Assembly (NCBI RefSeq): GCF_038433155.1
Contig: NZ_JBCDMW010000005.1
Location: forward strand, 1-60,601
Direction of reading: 5' to 3'
Source: Luteococcus sp. H101
GTDB lineage: Bacteria; Actinomycetota; Actinomycetes; Propionibacteriales; Propionibacteriaceae
DNA length: 60,601 nt
This document shows, piece by piece, positions 47,074 to 56,062 of the stretch; the stretch's first letter is position 1; each line of letters opens with the position of its first letter. The notes beneath the pieces were generated by a model, which did not search any database, was not told the DNA's origin, and saw only the letters and a list, made by a program, of their open reading frames with translations. The translations under genes and the position numbers were made by a program.

Positions 47074-48104
47074 TGCCCAAGCTGTCCATGGACTGGCCCG
47101 AGGTCGCCCGCACCGGACGCGACGTCGTCACCGCCGCCCGTGACGTGCGTCCCGGGCCGCGCCCCGGCCGGCGGCTGCTCGTCCTGGCCGTCGTCGCCCT
47201 GACCGCCTGCGCCGGCTACTTCTACTACCGGCTGCCTGCCTCCCCCTACCTGGTGGAGCGACGCCTGGTCACCCTGGCCACCATGTGCGTGGTGGCGGTG
47301 GCGATCGGCGTGGCCACCGTGCTCTTCCACACCGTCACCGCCAACCGGATCCTCACCCCGTCGATCATGGGGCTGGACTCGCTCTACGTCGCCCTGCAGA
47401 CGGCGTCGGTCTTCTTCCTGGGGACCATCGGGTTGGGGGAGGTGGCCCAGTACCTGGTGGTGCTGGTCTCCATGGTGGGCTTCGCGCTGCTGTTGTTCAC
47501 CGCGATGCTGGTCAGGCTGAACCGCTCGGTCACCCTGATGGTGCTGGTGGGTGTCCTGTTGGGCGGACTCTTCCGGGGCCTGTCCAGCTTCATGCAGCGG
47601 CTGCTGGATCCCGACGCCTTCCAGGTGCTCAGTGACCGGATGTTCGCCGACTTCACCGGTTCCCATCCGCAGCTGCTGGGGGTCAGCGCCGTCATCGTCG
47701 CCCTGGCGGTGGCCTGGGTCTGGCGCTCCCGGCGCGAGCTCGACGTCGTCGCCCTGGGGCGCGACGTGGCCATCGGGCTGGGCGTCAACCACCGCCGGGC
47801 CAGCCTGGTGAACCTGGTGATCGTGGCGCTGCTGGTGGGCACCGCCACCGCCCTGGTGGGCCCGACGATGTTCTTCGGGCTGCTGGTGGCCCACCTGACC
47901 TACCGCACCATCGGGGACCATCGGCACGCCGCCACCATCCCTGCCGTCGCCCTGGCCGGGGTGATCACCCTGGTGGGCGGGCAGGTGCTCTTCGAGCGGG
48001 TGCTCGGCTTCGAGGGTTCGCTGTCCATGGTGGTGGAATTCGTCGGCGGCATCACCTTCTTGTTCCTGCTCCTTCGTTCAACCCGCGCCGGGAGGCCCGC
48101 ATGA
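47070..48104 (+). CDS. FecCD-family ABC permease (second)
   Basis: Overlapping start. Homologous TM organisation. Confidence 0.8.
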   Translation: MMPKLSMDWPEVARTGRDVVTAARDVRPGPRPGRRLLVLAVVALTACAGYFYYRLPASPYLVERRLVTLATMCVVAVAIGVATVLFHTVTANRILTPSIMGLDSLYVALQTASVFFLGTIGLGEVAQYLVVLVSMVGFALLLFTAMLVRLNRSVTLMVLVGVLLGGLFRGLSSFMQRLLDPDAFQVLSDRMFADFTGSHPQLLGVSAVIVALAVAWVWRSRRELDVVALGRDVAIGLGVNHRRASLVNLVIVALLVGTATALVGPTMFFGLLVAHLTYRTIGDHRHAATIPAVALAGVITLVGGQVLFERVLGFEGSLSMVVEFVGGITFLFLLLRSTRAGRPA

Positions 48105-48862
48105 TCATCACCGACCACCTCCAGGCCAAGTACGGCGACACGGTGGTGGTGGACGACGTCACCATCGAGATCCCCGCCGGGGGAGTGACCGCCCTGGTGG
48201 GGCCCAATGGCGCCGGCAAGTCCACCCTGCTGGCGATGATCTCCCGGCTGCTCACCCCCGCCTACGGCCGGGTGCTGGTGGATGGCCTGGACGTCGCCAC
48301 CACCCCCAGCGACCAGCTGGCCCGGACGCTCGCCATCCTGCGCCAGGACAACCACCTGGCGGTGCGGCTGACGGTGCGGGACCTGGTGGCCTTTGGCCGC
48401 TACCCGCACTCCAAGGGCCGGCTGACCGAAGAGGACCGGGAGCAGATCGAGGCCGCGATGGACTACCTGGACCTGGCCCCCTTCGCCGGCCGCTTCCTCG
48501 ACGAACTGTCGGGTGGCCAGCGCCAACGCGCCTTCGTCGCCATGGTCCTGGCCCAGGACACGGACCACATCCTGCTGGACGAGCCGCTGAACAACCTGGA
48601 CATGAGCCATGGGGTGCGGATGATGCGCCAGCTGCGCCGGGCCGCCGATGAGCTGGGCAAGTCGATCGTCGTGGTGCTGCATGACCTGAATGCCGCCAGT
48701 GTCTACGCCGACCACATCGTGGTGATGGCCGACGGGCGGGTGGTGGCGGCCGGCAGCCCCGCCGAGATCATGCGCGACGAGTTGCTCGAAGATGTCTTCG
48801 GGCTGCCCATCCGGGTCCGGGAGATCGACGGGGAACTGGTCGCCCTGCACTATGCCCGCTGA
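48101..48862 (+). CDS. ABC transporter ATP-binding protein (FepC-like)
   Basis: Walker A GPNGAGKST, signature LSGGQRQR, Walker B ILLDEP. Confidence 0.85.
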   Translation: MIITDHLQAKYGDTVVVDDVTIEIPAGGVTALVGPNGAGKSTLLAMISRLLTPAYGRVLVDGLDVATTPSDQLARTLAILRQDNHLAVRLTVRDLVAFGRYPHSKGRLTEEDREQIEAAMDYLDLAPFAGRFLDELSGGQRQRAFVAMVLAQDTDHILLDEPLNNLDMSHGVRMMRQLRRAADELGKSIVVVLHDLNAASVYADHIVVMADGRVVAAGSPAEIMRDELLEDVFGLPIRVREIDGELVALHYAR

Positions 48863-49042
48863 CGGTCGCTGCCTTCGGGCTCGCCAGCAGAGCCGCCGCG
48901 GCGCGAGGCCAGAGCGCCCTCTGGCAGACTCTTAGGCAATCTAGCCGTTGACCCAGAGAGCTGAAGAATCTGCGTGCTTCCGGGAGATTCACCCACAATT
49001 GCGCCACCCAACCCTATTGGTCGACTGACCAGTTATCCCGAC

Positions 49043-49097
49043 AGAGCGCATGCCGCACCCCAGTGCCATAGTGGCAGTGGACCGTGGCATGCGCTCT
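49043..49097. other. 12-bp perfect inverted repeat AGAGCGCATGCC-N31-GGCATGCGCTCT in a 400-bp intergenic region
   Basis: Read from the sequence. No U tract. Function unknown. Confidence 0.3.
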
Positions 49098-49258
49098 ATC
49101 GGGACAACTGGGCGAGTGACCGAATCACCGGAGCGCCGAAGCGGCCGCCCCGGCTGGCGGAGTCCGTGAAGATTTCCCCAGAAGGAGGAGCCCGGTCCTG
49201 CCTGTTGGTCTGGACTCTCGACCTCATTTTCTAGCGAATTCGCAAGATTTCGGGATAG

Positions 49259-49936
49259 TTGCCAATCCGTGGCCCGCGGGGGTGCATCATGGCACCCATG
49301 GCCGTCACCCCCGTGAACTCCCACCGTCGCCAGCGGAATGCCGCACGCGCCTGCTGGGCAACTGGCGCGGTGCTGGTGCTGGGGTCGCTGGCGCTGGGAT
49401 ACCTCTTTCATTCGGAGTGGATGGGGAGCCCGACCACCTGCCAGTCCTATTCCTGGTGTGACCCTGCCCGGGCAGGGATTGCCCTGCAGGCCGCGACGAT
49501 CCTCGCCGTGGCCGGGGCTGTGGCCTTCGTCGTCGGGGACTGGCTGCACATCCGTTCGACCCTCCCGGTGCCCGAGCCGCACCCGCTCAACTCCGGTGCC
49601 TACATCCTGTGCACACTGGGATCACTGCTGTGGACGGCGGTGGCGCTGCCGGCCGTGGTGATCGTCGGCTGGACCGTGAACAGCACCTCGGCGGTGCTGG
49701 GGGCGCTGCTTCTCCTGTTGCATCCGTTGGCCTGGTTGCTGATTGTCCTGCTGGGGGAGTCGGGCACCAGGCGCCGGGTGCGCACGGTCACCTACCCGGT
49801 GGTCCTGCTGCTCTACCCGGCCCTGGTGTTCGTCGTCGTCCGAGCGGCCCAGAGCTTCGCCTTCATCCCGGTGATGGTGTTGCTGCCGACGCTGCTGCTG
49901 TTCGGCGTGGACCGACTGGCCAATCGCAGCGCTTGA
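49259..49936 (+). CDS. hypothetical membrane protein
   Basis: Six hydrophobic helices. Start uncertain. Confidence 0.4.
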   Translation: MPIRGPRGCIMAPMAVTPVNSHRRQRNAARACWATGAVLVLGSLALGYLFHSEWMGSPTTCQSYSWCDPARAGIALQAATILAVAGAVAFVVGDWLHIRSTLPVPEPHPLNSGAYILCTLGSLLWTAVALPAVVIVGWTVNSTSAVLGALLLLLHPLAWLLIVLLGESGTRRRVRTVTYPVVLLLYPALVFVVVRAAQSFAFIPVMVLLPTLLLFGVDRLANRSA

Positions 49937-49994
49937 GCTTTCTGGTTTCCTCTAGGTAGAATCCGAGACAGCCATAGAAGCCGGAATCGACGGC

Positions 49995-51413
49995 TCATGC
50001 CTTGCCCAGCAGGAAGCCCACTGCGTCGGCGGCGCCCCAGCCCTCGGGGTGCTGCTCCAGCAGCCGCTTGGCGCCGGTGACGTCCTGGCCCAGGGTGATC
50101 CCCGGATCCTCGGTGTAGCCGTCCTTGCGCTCCTGGCCCAGGCCGATGTTCGCCATCAGGCAGTTGCACAGGCACTTGCGGCCCACGGTGTCCTCGACCC
50201 TGCCGCCCTTCTTGAGATAGGCGTCGACGGGCTCGGAGGCGCACCGGTAGCCGATGCTGCCGTTCTCCCGTTGGTAGGGCTGGCGCAGGTAGGACAGGTC
50301 GCACAGCCGCGGGCGGGCCTGGTAGACCTCCGGGTCGGACAGCGTGCCGGCCACCTGGGCGATCTTGAAGGGGAAGCCGGTGGGGGAGGCGCGGGGGTCA
50401 TTGCGCACGTCCAGCTGGTCCCGGGAGAGGTCGTCCAGCATCTGGCGGCGCAGGTCGTCGCGCATGCCGGACTCCTTGGCCAGGGCGAAGATGGTGCCGC
50501 ACTGCACGCCCACCGCCCCCGCATCCAGCGCCTCCTGCACCCGCTCCGGCTCGGAGTAGGCGCCGGCCATCCAGAAGGGGGAGCCGACGGCGGCCATCTT
50601 GACCAGATCGGCCACGTCCTTCTCGCCGTAGATCGGGTCGCCCTGCTCGTCCAGGTTCATCCTGCCGCGCGGCGGCGCGGAGTGACCGCCGGCCACCGGA
50701 CCCTCGACGACGAAGCCGAAGGGCTTGATCTTCTCGTCGCGGTTGAGGAAGTTGGCCAGCGAGTGCACCGAGATGATCGCCAGGAAGCGCGGGGTGGGCA
50801 GCGGTTCCATCGGGCCGCCCAGCACCGACGTCGGGTCCACCTCATCCCACAGCGCCTGCCCGCCGTCGACGTCGACGTGCACACCGCCGGGGCGCCCGGC
50901 GGACAGGTCGCGCAGCAGCTGCGGAATCTCGCGCGGGATGCCGGCGCCCATCAGTACATAGTCGACGCCGGCCAGCACCGCGCCCAGCGCGGCGGTGGGG
51001 GTGGCCATCTGCACCTTCTCCAGGAAGTTGATCCCCACCAGCCCGTCGTGGCCCTCCTTGGCCAGCCAGGTCTCACAGAAGTTCGCGGCCACGCACAGGT
51101 CGATGATGTTCTGCTTGGGGTTGACCGTGATGGTCTCGTGCGGCCGGTACGGGGCGCCCTGCCGGCCCTCGGGCTTGAAGTACTTGTCCAGGATGCGCTG
51201 CGCCACCTCCGGATTGGGGAAGTGCGCCAGCGCGCGCCGGTAGTGCCCACCCGGGTCGCCGTCCTGCAGCGTGCGGGCCAGCACCGCGTCCAGGGCCGTT
51301 CCCGAGACCACGCCCAGCTCGCCGGCCAGGCTGACCTCGCGCGCCAGCCGCCAGCTGGAGACGGCAATGCCCATGCCGCCCTGGATGATGGTGGGAAGGG
51401 GGCGTTCACTCAT
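49995..51413 (-). CDS. nitronate monooxygenase (NMO/2-nitropropane dioxygenase-like) family protein
   Basis: IIQGGMGIAVS FMN-binding start and TIM-barrel pattern. Confidence 0.7.
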   Translation of the reverse strand: MSERPLPTIIQGGMGIAVSSWRLAREVSLAGELGVVSGTALDAVLARTLQDGDPGGHYRRALAHFPNPEVAQRILDKYFKPEGRQGAPYRPHETITVNPKQNIIDLCVAANFCETWLAKEGHDGLVGINFLEKVQMATPTAALGAVLAGVDYVLMGAGIPREIPQLLRDLSAGRPGGVHVDVDGGQALWDEVDPTSVLGGPMEPLPTPRFLAIISVHSLANFLNRDEKIKPFGFVVEGPVAGGHSAPPRGRMNLDEQGDPIYGEKDVADLVKMAAVGSPFWMAGAYSEPERVQEALDAGAVGVQCGTIFALAKESGMRDDLRRQMLDDLSRDQLDVRNDPRASPTGFPFKIAQVAGTLSDPEVYQARPRLCDLSYLRQPYQRENGSIGYRCASEPVDAYLKKGGRVEDTVGRKCLCNCLMANIGLGQERKDGYTEDPGITLGQDVTGAKRLLEQHPEGWGAADAVGFLLGKA

Positions 51414-51427
51414 CGGGACTCCTCGGT

Positions 51428-51455
51428 GGGTACGCGTCCGTAGGTTACGACTGCG
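51428..51455. promoter_or_regulatory. perfect 12-bp inverted repeat CCGTAGGTTACG-actg-CGTAACCTACGG immediately upstream of the NMO gene
   Basis: Read from the sequence. Operator-like. Confidence 0.4.
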
Positions 51456-51556
51456 TAACCTACGGTACCGTAACGTTTCTGCACCATCCCGCCCAGATTC
51501 ACAGCATGCTTGGGTTTGGGGCGTGGGAATCCCACAACTGACGGCGGCCGATCACG

Positions 51557-51602
51557 CACTATCCGCCTGTCTCGGGAATGTCCAAGACAGGCGGATAGTG
51601 GG
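51557..51602 (-). terminator. 16-bp perfect stem hairpin (CACTATCCGCCTGTCT-N14-AGACAGGCGGATAGTG) just downstream of pfk
   Basis: Read from the sequence, 10 bp after the pfk stop. No U tail, as is common in high-GC actinobacteria. Confidence 0.45.
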
Positions 51603-51612
51603 TGATCGAGCG

Positions 51613-53886
51613 TCAGAGAGAGGTGTGCGAGGGGGTCGACGGCTCGTAGGCGACGTCGGCGAAGACCTCCTGCAGCTCCAGCCACCACTGCTCCAGCGGG
51701 CGACGGAAGACCGGGTCCACGTGCTCCATCATGTGGGCCAGCGGCTGCTTGGCCACCGCCCCCTCCTGCAGCCCGATGTAGAAGGACTGCGGGCGGCGCT
51801 TGGCCCAGCCCTGGTCCAGCAGTTCCAGGGCGTGCGAGACCAGCCGGGTGGCCAGCAGTCGGTCGAAGGGGGTGGGGGCGCCGCCCTGCTGGACGTGGCC
51901 CAGGATGGAGTGCCGCACGTCGAAGGAGTCCTTGCCCTCCTCCTCCAACAGGTTGGCCAGGAATTCGGTGTCATAGTGCTCGCTGGCCCGCTCATTGCGG
52001 ATCGCCAGGAAGAGCCGTCGGCCGCCCTCGAAGGAGCCGCGCAGCCACTCCATGTCGTGGTACAGGTCACCCAGGCTGATCCCGGTCTCGTGCAGGTAGA
52101 CCCGCTCCGCGCCGGCGGAGATGCCGCTCATCAGCGCCAGGTAGCCGCAGTAGCGGCCCATGGTCTCCACCACGAAGGCCCGTCGGGTGGCCGAGCCGGA
52201 CATCTTGATCCGGTCGATCGCCTCGACGATCACGTTCAGCGCGGTGTCCGTGCCGATCGCCAGCTCCGAGCCGGGGACATTGTTGTCGATGGTGGCCGGC
52301 ACGCAGATGATCGGGATGTTGAAGGCCGGGTAGCGGTCCTTCTCCGTGTGCAGCATGTGGGCGGCCCGGTAGGCATTCCAGCCGCCGATCACCAGCAGCG
52401 CGTCGACGTCATTGTCCTCCAGCGATCGGCTGATCCCGTACAGGTGCTCCAGCGGGGGGATGGTGCGACGGGTGCCCAGCTCCGCGCCGCCCTCGCCGGT
52501 CCAGCCCTCGACGTCGTCCCAGCTGAGCTCCTCGATCTGCCCGTCGCGCATCCCGACGAAGCCATTGCGCACGCCCAGCATGGTGTGGCCGCGGCTGATC
52601 CCCAGCCGGACCGCGGCCCGGGCGGCGGTGTTCATGCCCGGGGCCAGGCCGCCGGCGTGCACAATCGCGATCCGCTTGGCGCTGGAATCCGGGTTCACCC
52701 GGCTGGGCTCGGCCAGCTCCAGGAAGATCTTGCGCATCTCGGTGAAGGAGCCGCCGCGCAGCGTCATCGCCTGGTCGAAGTTCTTGTCCGCAATCAGTTC
52801 CGGTACTCGACGGGTCTGCTTCACGGCCTCCATCAGGTCAACCCCCACCACCCGGTTGCCGCGCAGCGCCATCACATTCCCGGGGCTGTCCGGGGTGGCG
52901 GCCAGCACCTCCTTGGCGGCCTCGTGGCCCAGCCAGGTGGAGGCCCACCGGTCATAGGCGCTGGGCGTGCCGCCGCGCTGCACGTGGCCCAGGATGGTGA
53001 CCCGGGCGTCCTCGCCCAGCCGGTCCTCCAGGGTCTGGCGCACGTACTCGCTGGTGATCGGGTTGCCGTCGCGGTCCTTGGCGCCCTCGGCCACAATCAC
53101 AATCGAGTCCCGACGGCCGGCGTCGCGCCCCCGCTTCAGCTCGGCGCACATCCGGTCCTCCCAGCCCTCGGCGGGCGGGTACTCCGGGATCAGGCAGTAG
53201 TCACAGCCGCCGGCCACCGAGGCCATCAGTGCCAGGTAGCCGCAGTGCCGGCCCATCACCTCCACCACGAAGGAGCGCTGGTGGCTGGCGGCGGTGCTGG
53301 CCAGGTCATCGATGGCGTCGACGATCCGGTGCAGCGCGGTGTCCGCGCCGATGGTCATGTCCGTGCCCACCAGGTCATTGTCAATGGAGCCCACCAGCCC
53401 GGCGATCATCAGCGACGGGTGCTGATCCGCCTCCTGCTGGGTGATCACGCCGTTCTCGGCCAGCTCGGCCAGCAGGCCCGGCCACTCCTGGCGGAACAGG
53501 TCCAGGCCGGACAGGGAGCCGTCGCCGCCGATCACGACGAGGTGGTCGATCCCGTGCCCGACGAGGTTTGCCGCCGCCTTCAACCGACCGTCCCGCTCCC
53601 GGAACTCCTTGCTGCGGAAGGTGCCGATCAAGGTGCCGCCGCGGTGCATGATGCTGCCGACGTCGTCCCAGCCGAAGGCCTTGATCCCGTCGCCGCCGTC
53701 GATCATGCCCTGGTAGCCCTCGAAGATGGCATAGGGCTGGGCGCCCAGCCGGATGGCGGTGCGCACCACGGCGCGCACGGCGGCATTCATGCCCTGGGCG
53801 TCGCCGCCGGAGGTCAGGATGCCCAGCTTCACGGGGGCGCTCTCGGGGGCGTCGGGCGTGGTGGGGACGGTCTGCTCGGTGCTCAC
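51613..53886 (-). CDS. pfk: 6-phosphofructokinase, long tandem-domain form
   Basis: Two PFK repeats, each with GGDGS and MGR motifs (GILTSGGDAQGMNAA; IAIVHAGGLAPGMNTA). Confidence 0.85.
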   Translation of the reverse strand: MSTEQTVPTTPDAPESAPVKLGILTSGGDAQGMNAAVRAVVRTAIRLGAQPYAIFEGYQGMIDGGDGIKAFGWDDVGSIMHRGGTLIGTFRSKEFRERDGRLKAAANLVGHGIDHLVVIGGDGSLSGLDLFRQEWPGLLAELAENGVITQQEADQHPSLMIAGLVGSIDNDLVGTDMTIGADTALHRIVDAIDDLASTAASHQRSFVVEVMGRHCGYLALMASVAGGCDYCLIPEYPPAEGWEDRMCAELKRGRDAGRRDSIVIVAEGAKDRDGNPITSEYVRQTLEDRLGEDARVTILGHVQRGGTPSAYDRWASTWLGHEAAKEVLAATPDSPGNVMALRGNRVVGVDLMEAVKQTRRVPELIADKNFDQAMTLRGGSFTEMRKIFLELAEPSRVNPDSSAKRIAIVHAGGLAPGMNTAARAAVRLGISRGHTMLGVRNGFVGMRDGQIEELSWDDVEGWTGEGGAELGTRRTIPPLEHLYGISRSLEDNDVDALLVIGGWNAYRAAHMLHTEKDRYPAFNIPIICVPATIDNNVPGSELAIGTDTALNVIVEAIDRIKMSGSATRRAFVVETMGRYCGYLALMSGISAGAERVYLHETGISLGDLYHDMEWLRGSFEGGRRLFLAIRNERASEHYDTEFLANLLEEEGKDSFDVRHSILGHVQQGGAPTPFDRLLATRLVSHALELLDQGWAKRRPQSFYIGLQEGAVAKQPLAHMMEHVDPVFRRPLEQWWLELQEVFADVAYEPSTPSHTSL

Positions 53887-53978
53887 CCCACCATTCTTGC
53901 CGCACCGGCGCGACGGATGAATGGCCGGGGCAAGGAGTTGCCCGGAAATTCACCCATCACGGCGGGGAAAGCATGGCT

Positions 53979-54405
53979 CACCACGGCGGCCGAGCCTGTC
54001 GAGGCCCTCCCAGGTCTCCAGGCCACGGTGGCCGAGCCTGTCGAGGCCCCTCCTTGGGGGCGCCGGAGATCTGGGTCCTTCGTCCAGTTCTGGGAATTGA
54101 CCTCCAGAATTCCGACTCCCTCGCGCTGCCCCGCCTGACAGGCGGACGGAGAAGGACTCTGGAGGTCACTTTCCAGAATCCGGCCCGGATCCACCACAGT
54201 GGGCGGGCTTGCCCGCCACGGCGGCCGAGCCGGACCCAGCCATGGTGGCCGAGCTTGTCGAGGCCTCTCCTCGGAGCCCCCAAGAACCTGGTCCGTCGTC
54301 CAATTCTGGAAATCGACCCCCGAATCCTGGCCCCTCGCCCTGGTTCGGCTGACCTGACGGGGCCCGCTGGAATCTCGAGGTCGTTTTCCAGAATCGGCTG
54401 CACCG
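53979..54405. repeat. diverged tandem duplication (~215-bp unit x2) containing sub-repeats CACGGYGGCCGAGCYTGTCGAGGCCYCTCC (x3-4) and TTCTGG(G)AA(T)TYGACC...TTCCAGAATC (x2)
   Basis: Read from the sequence between pfk and the PaaX-like gene. The overlapping six-frame ORFs here are probably non-coding. Confidence 0.5.
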
Positions 54406-54434
54406 GCCTCCGGCGAGCCTGTAATGCTGGGGGC

Positions 54435-55262
54435 GTGAGCGCACTCCGGGAACTGGACAATGACGCGGGGCTGGTGGCTTTCTGTTTCGGGATCACTGCC
54501 CTGCCCGAACTGCCGGGGCCGGGTCTGGTGGCGCTGCTGGGGTTGTTCGGGAAGTCACCCGCCGCGTCGCGCAGCCTGCTGGCCCGGCTGCAGCAGCGCG
54601 GGGTGCTGCGGGGTGAGCGGCGGGGGAGGACCACCGGATACCGGCTGTCCGGGCCGGTGTCCGAGCAGTTCGGTCGGCTGCGTGCGCTCGGTCATGGCGA
54701 ATCACCGCCCGTGGACTCGTGGGACGGTCAGTTCTCCGGGGTGCTCTTCCACGCCCCGGAGAGTCAGCGGGCCTGGCGGGACCATGCCCGCCGCACCGGC
54801 ATCTCCCAGGGCTTCCGATTGCTGCGTCCCGGGCTCCTGGTGCACCCCTTGCTACCGGCCGAGGCAGTGCTCGGCCACCTGGCCGAGGCTCCCGAGGGGG
54901 CCGGTGCGCTCCCGGTCCGCCTTGAGCTGGCGGCCGCCGACGCCCGCGGCCTGGTGGCCCAGCTGTGGGAGCTGGACCTGCTGACCCGACGGGTGGTCAC
55001 CACCACCAACCATCTGGCCGGCCTGGGCGAGGCGCCCCGATCCGTGCTCGATCCAGACATCCTGCGGTACGCGGCCGCCATGCGGGCCGGCTACCAGTGC
55101 CTGCTGCTGGCCCCCCAACTCCCCGCAGAGCTGCTGCCCGAGCAGTGGCCCCTGCCCGGGTTGAGGAACGCGATCACCCGCACCAACCGGGAGTGGACCC
55201 CGGGGGTGCAGGCGGCCGCGCGGAGCCTGGTCAGCGCTGCTTCTGGGCAACCTGCTTCGTGA
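54435..55262 (+). CDS. PaaX-like winged-helix transcriptional regulator
   Basis: LVALLGLFGKSPAASRSLLARLQQRGVLRGERRGRTTGYRLSG. GTG start at 54435. The upstream part of the 429-aa ORF lies in the repeat region. Confidence 0.45.
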   Translation: MSALRELDNDAGLVAFCFGITALPELPGPGLVALLGLFGKSPAASRSLLARLQQRGVLRGERRGRTTGYRLSGPVSEQFGRLRALGHGESPPVDSWDGQFSGVLFHAPESQRAWRDHARRTGISQGFRLLRPGLLVHPLLPAEAVLGHLAEAPEGAGALPVRLELAAADARGLVAQLWELDLLTRRVVTTTNHLAGLGEAPRSVLDPDILRYAAAMRAGYQCLLLAPQLPAELLPEQWPLPGLRNAITRTNREWTPGVQAAARSLVSAASGQPAS

Positions 55263-55428
55263 TCGCCCCCGAGACCAGGGTGGCAATGATCGTGGTGCCG
55301 ACGAAGAAGGCGGCGGCGATCCCCGAGGCCGTGCCGGAGGAGGCGTCGGCCAGCTGGGTCCAGCAGATGAAGGCGATGATCGCGGATATCACGCCGGCGA
55401 TCAGGCCGTTGACGAGGTTCTTGCTCAT
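55231..55428 (-). CDS. small integral membrane protein
   Basis: 65 aa, two hydrophobic helices. ggagtgggag RBS before ATG 55428. Confidence 0.35.
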   Translation of the reverse strand: MSKNLVNGLIAGVISAIIAFICWTQLADASSGTASGIAAAFFVGTTIIATLVSGAITKQVAQKQR

Positions 55429-55609
55429 GGCTACTCCCACTCCGTGATGTGTCGTTGCTTGGAACGAACGTAACCCAAAGAAGTATCAATCATGACTAGT
55501 CGGTGAGTTTGGCCACAGAATTCACCCGGTCGTCACCTCCGCCCGCGAATCCACCGGCGGGGGTCCGCTGGGTAGTCTCGGGTTAGATCCGGAGGGATGG
55601 GGAGGTTCA

Positions 55610-56047
55610 GTGGTGCAGTGGCGCAAGGTGGTGGTGATCCTGCTGGGGCTTGCCCTGATGGCCAGCTTCGGGCTGGGTGCCGTCGCCACGTCGTGGCAGC
55701 AACGGCCGAGCACTGCGGACCTGCTGGCCGGCTACGACCAGCAGGCCATCTCCTACTGGGTGTCCGGGAGTAGCGCGTCGCCGGCGGTGGCGCGGGCGCT
55801 GAAGCCTTCCCGGGACGGCTTCGTCACCAAGGGGGTCACCATCGAGCAGGCCGATTCCCGCACCATCGCCGTCTCCGAGACCGAGGATGACGGCCAGCTG
55901 GAGGTGCGCGCCACGGTGAACACCGGCTGGGTGCTGCGCCAGGACTCCAGCGGTCAACGGGAGAGCAGCACCTCCACCGACGCCCATCGGCTGGTCTTCG
56001 ACCTGGACTCGGGAGAATTGGTCAGCGACGAATTCCTGCAGGAGTAG
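55610..56047 (+). CDS. secreted hypothetical protein
   Basis: GGAGG RBS 5 nt before GTG 55610. N-terminal signal/TM. Confidence 0.45.
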   Translation: MVQWRKVVVILLGLALMASFGLGAVATSWQQRPSTADLLAGYDQQAISYWVSGSSASPAVARALKPSRDGFVTKGVTIEQADSRTIAVSETEDDGQLEVRATVNTGWVLRQDSSGQRESSTSTDAHRLVFDLDSGELVSDEFLQE

Positions 56048-56062
56048 GTGACACGCCAGCAC

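Noticed and set aside
49020-49120. Cobalamin riboswitch hypothesis for the structured element near the ABC transporter
   Set aside because: It lies downstream of, not upstream of, the ABC operon. It lacks the B12-box consensus. The operon has two FecCD permeases typical of siderophore rather than BtuCD systems.
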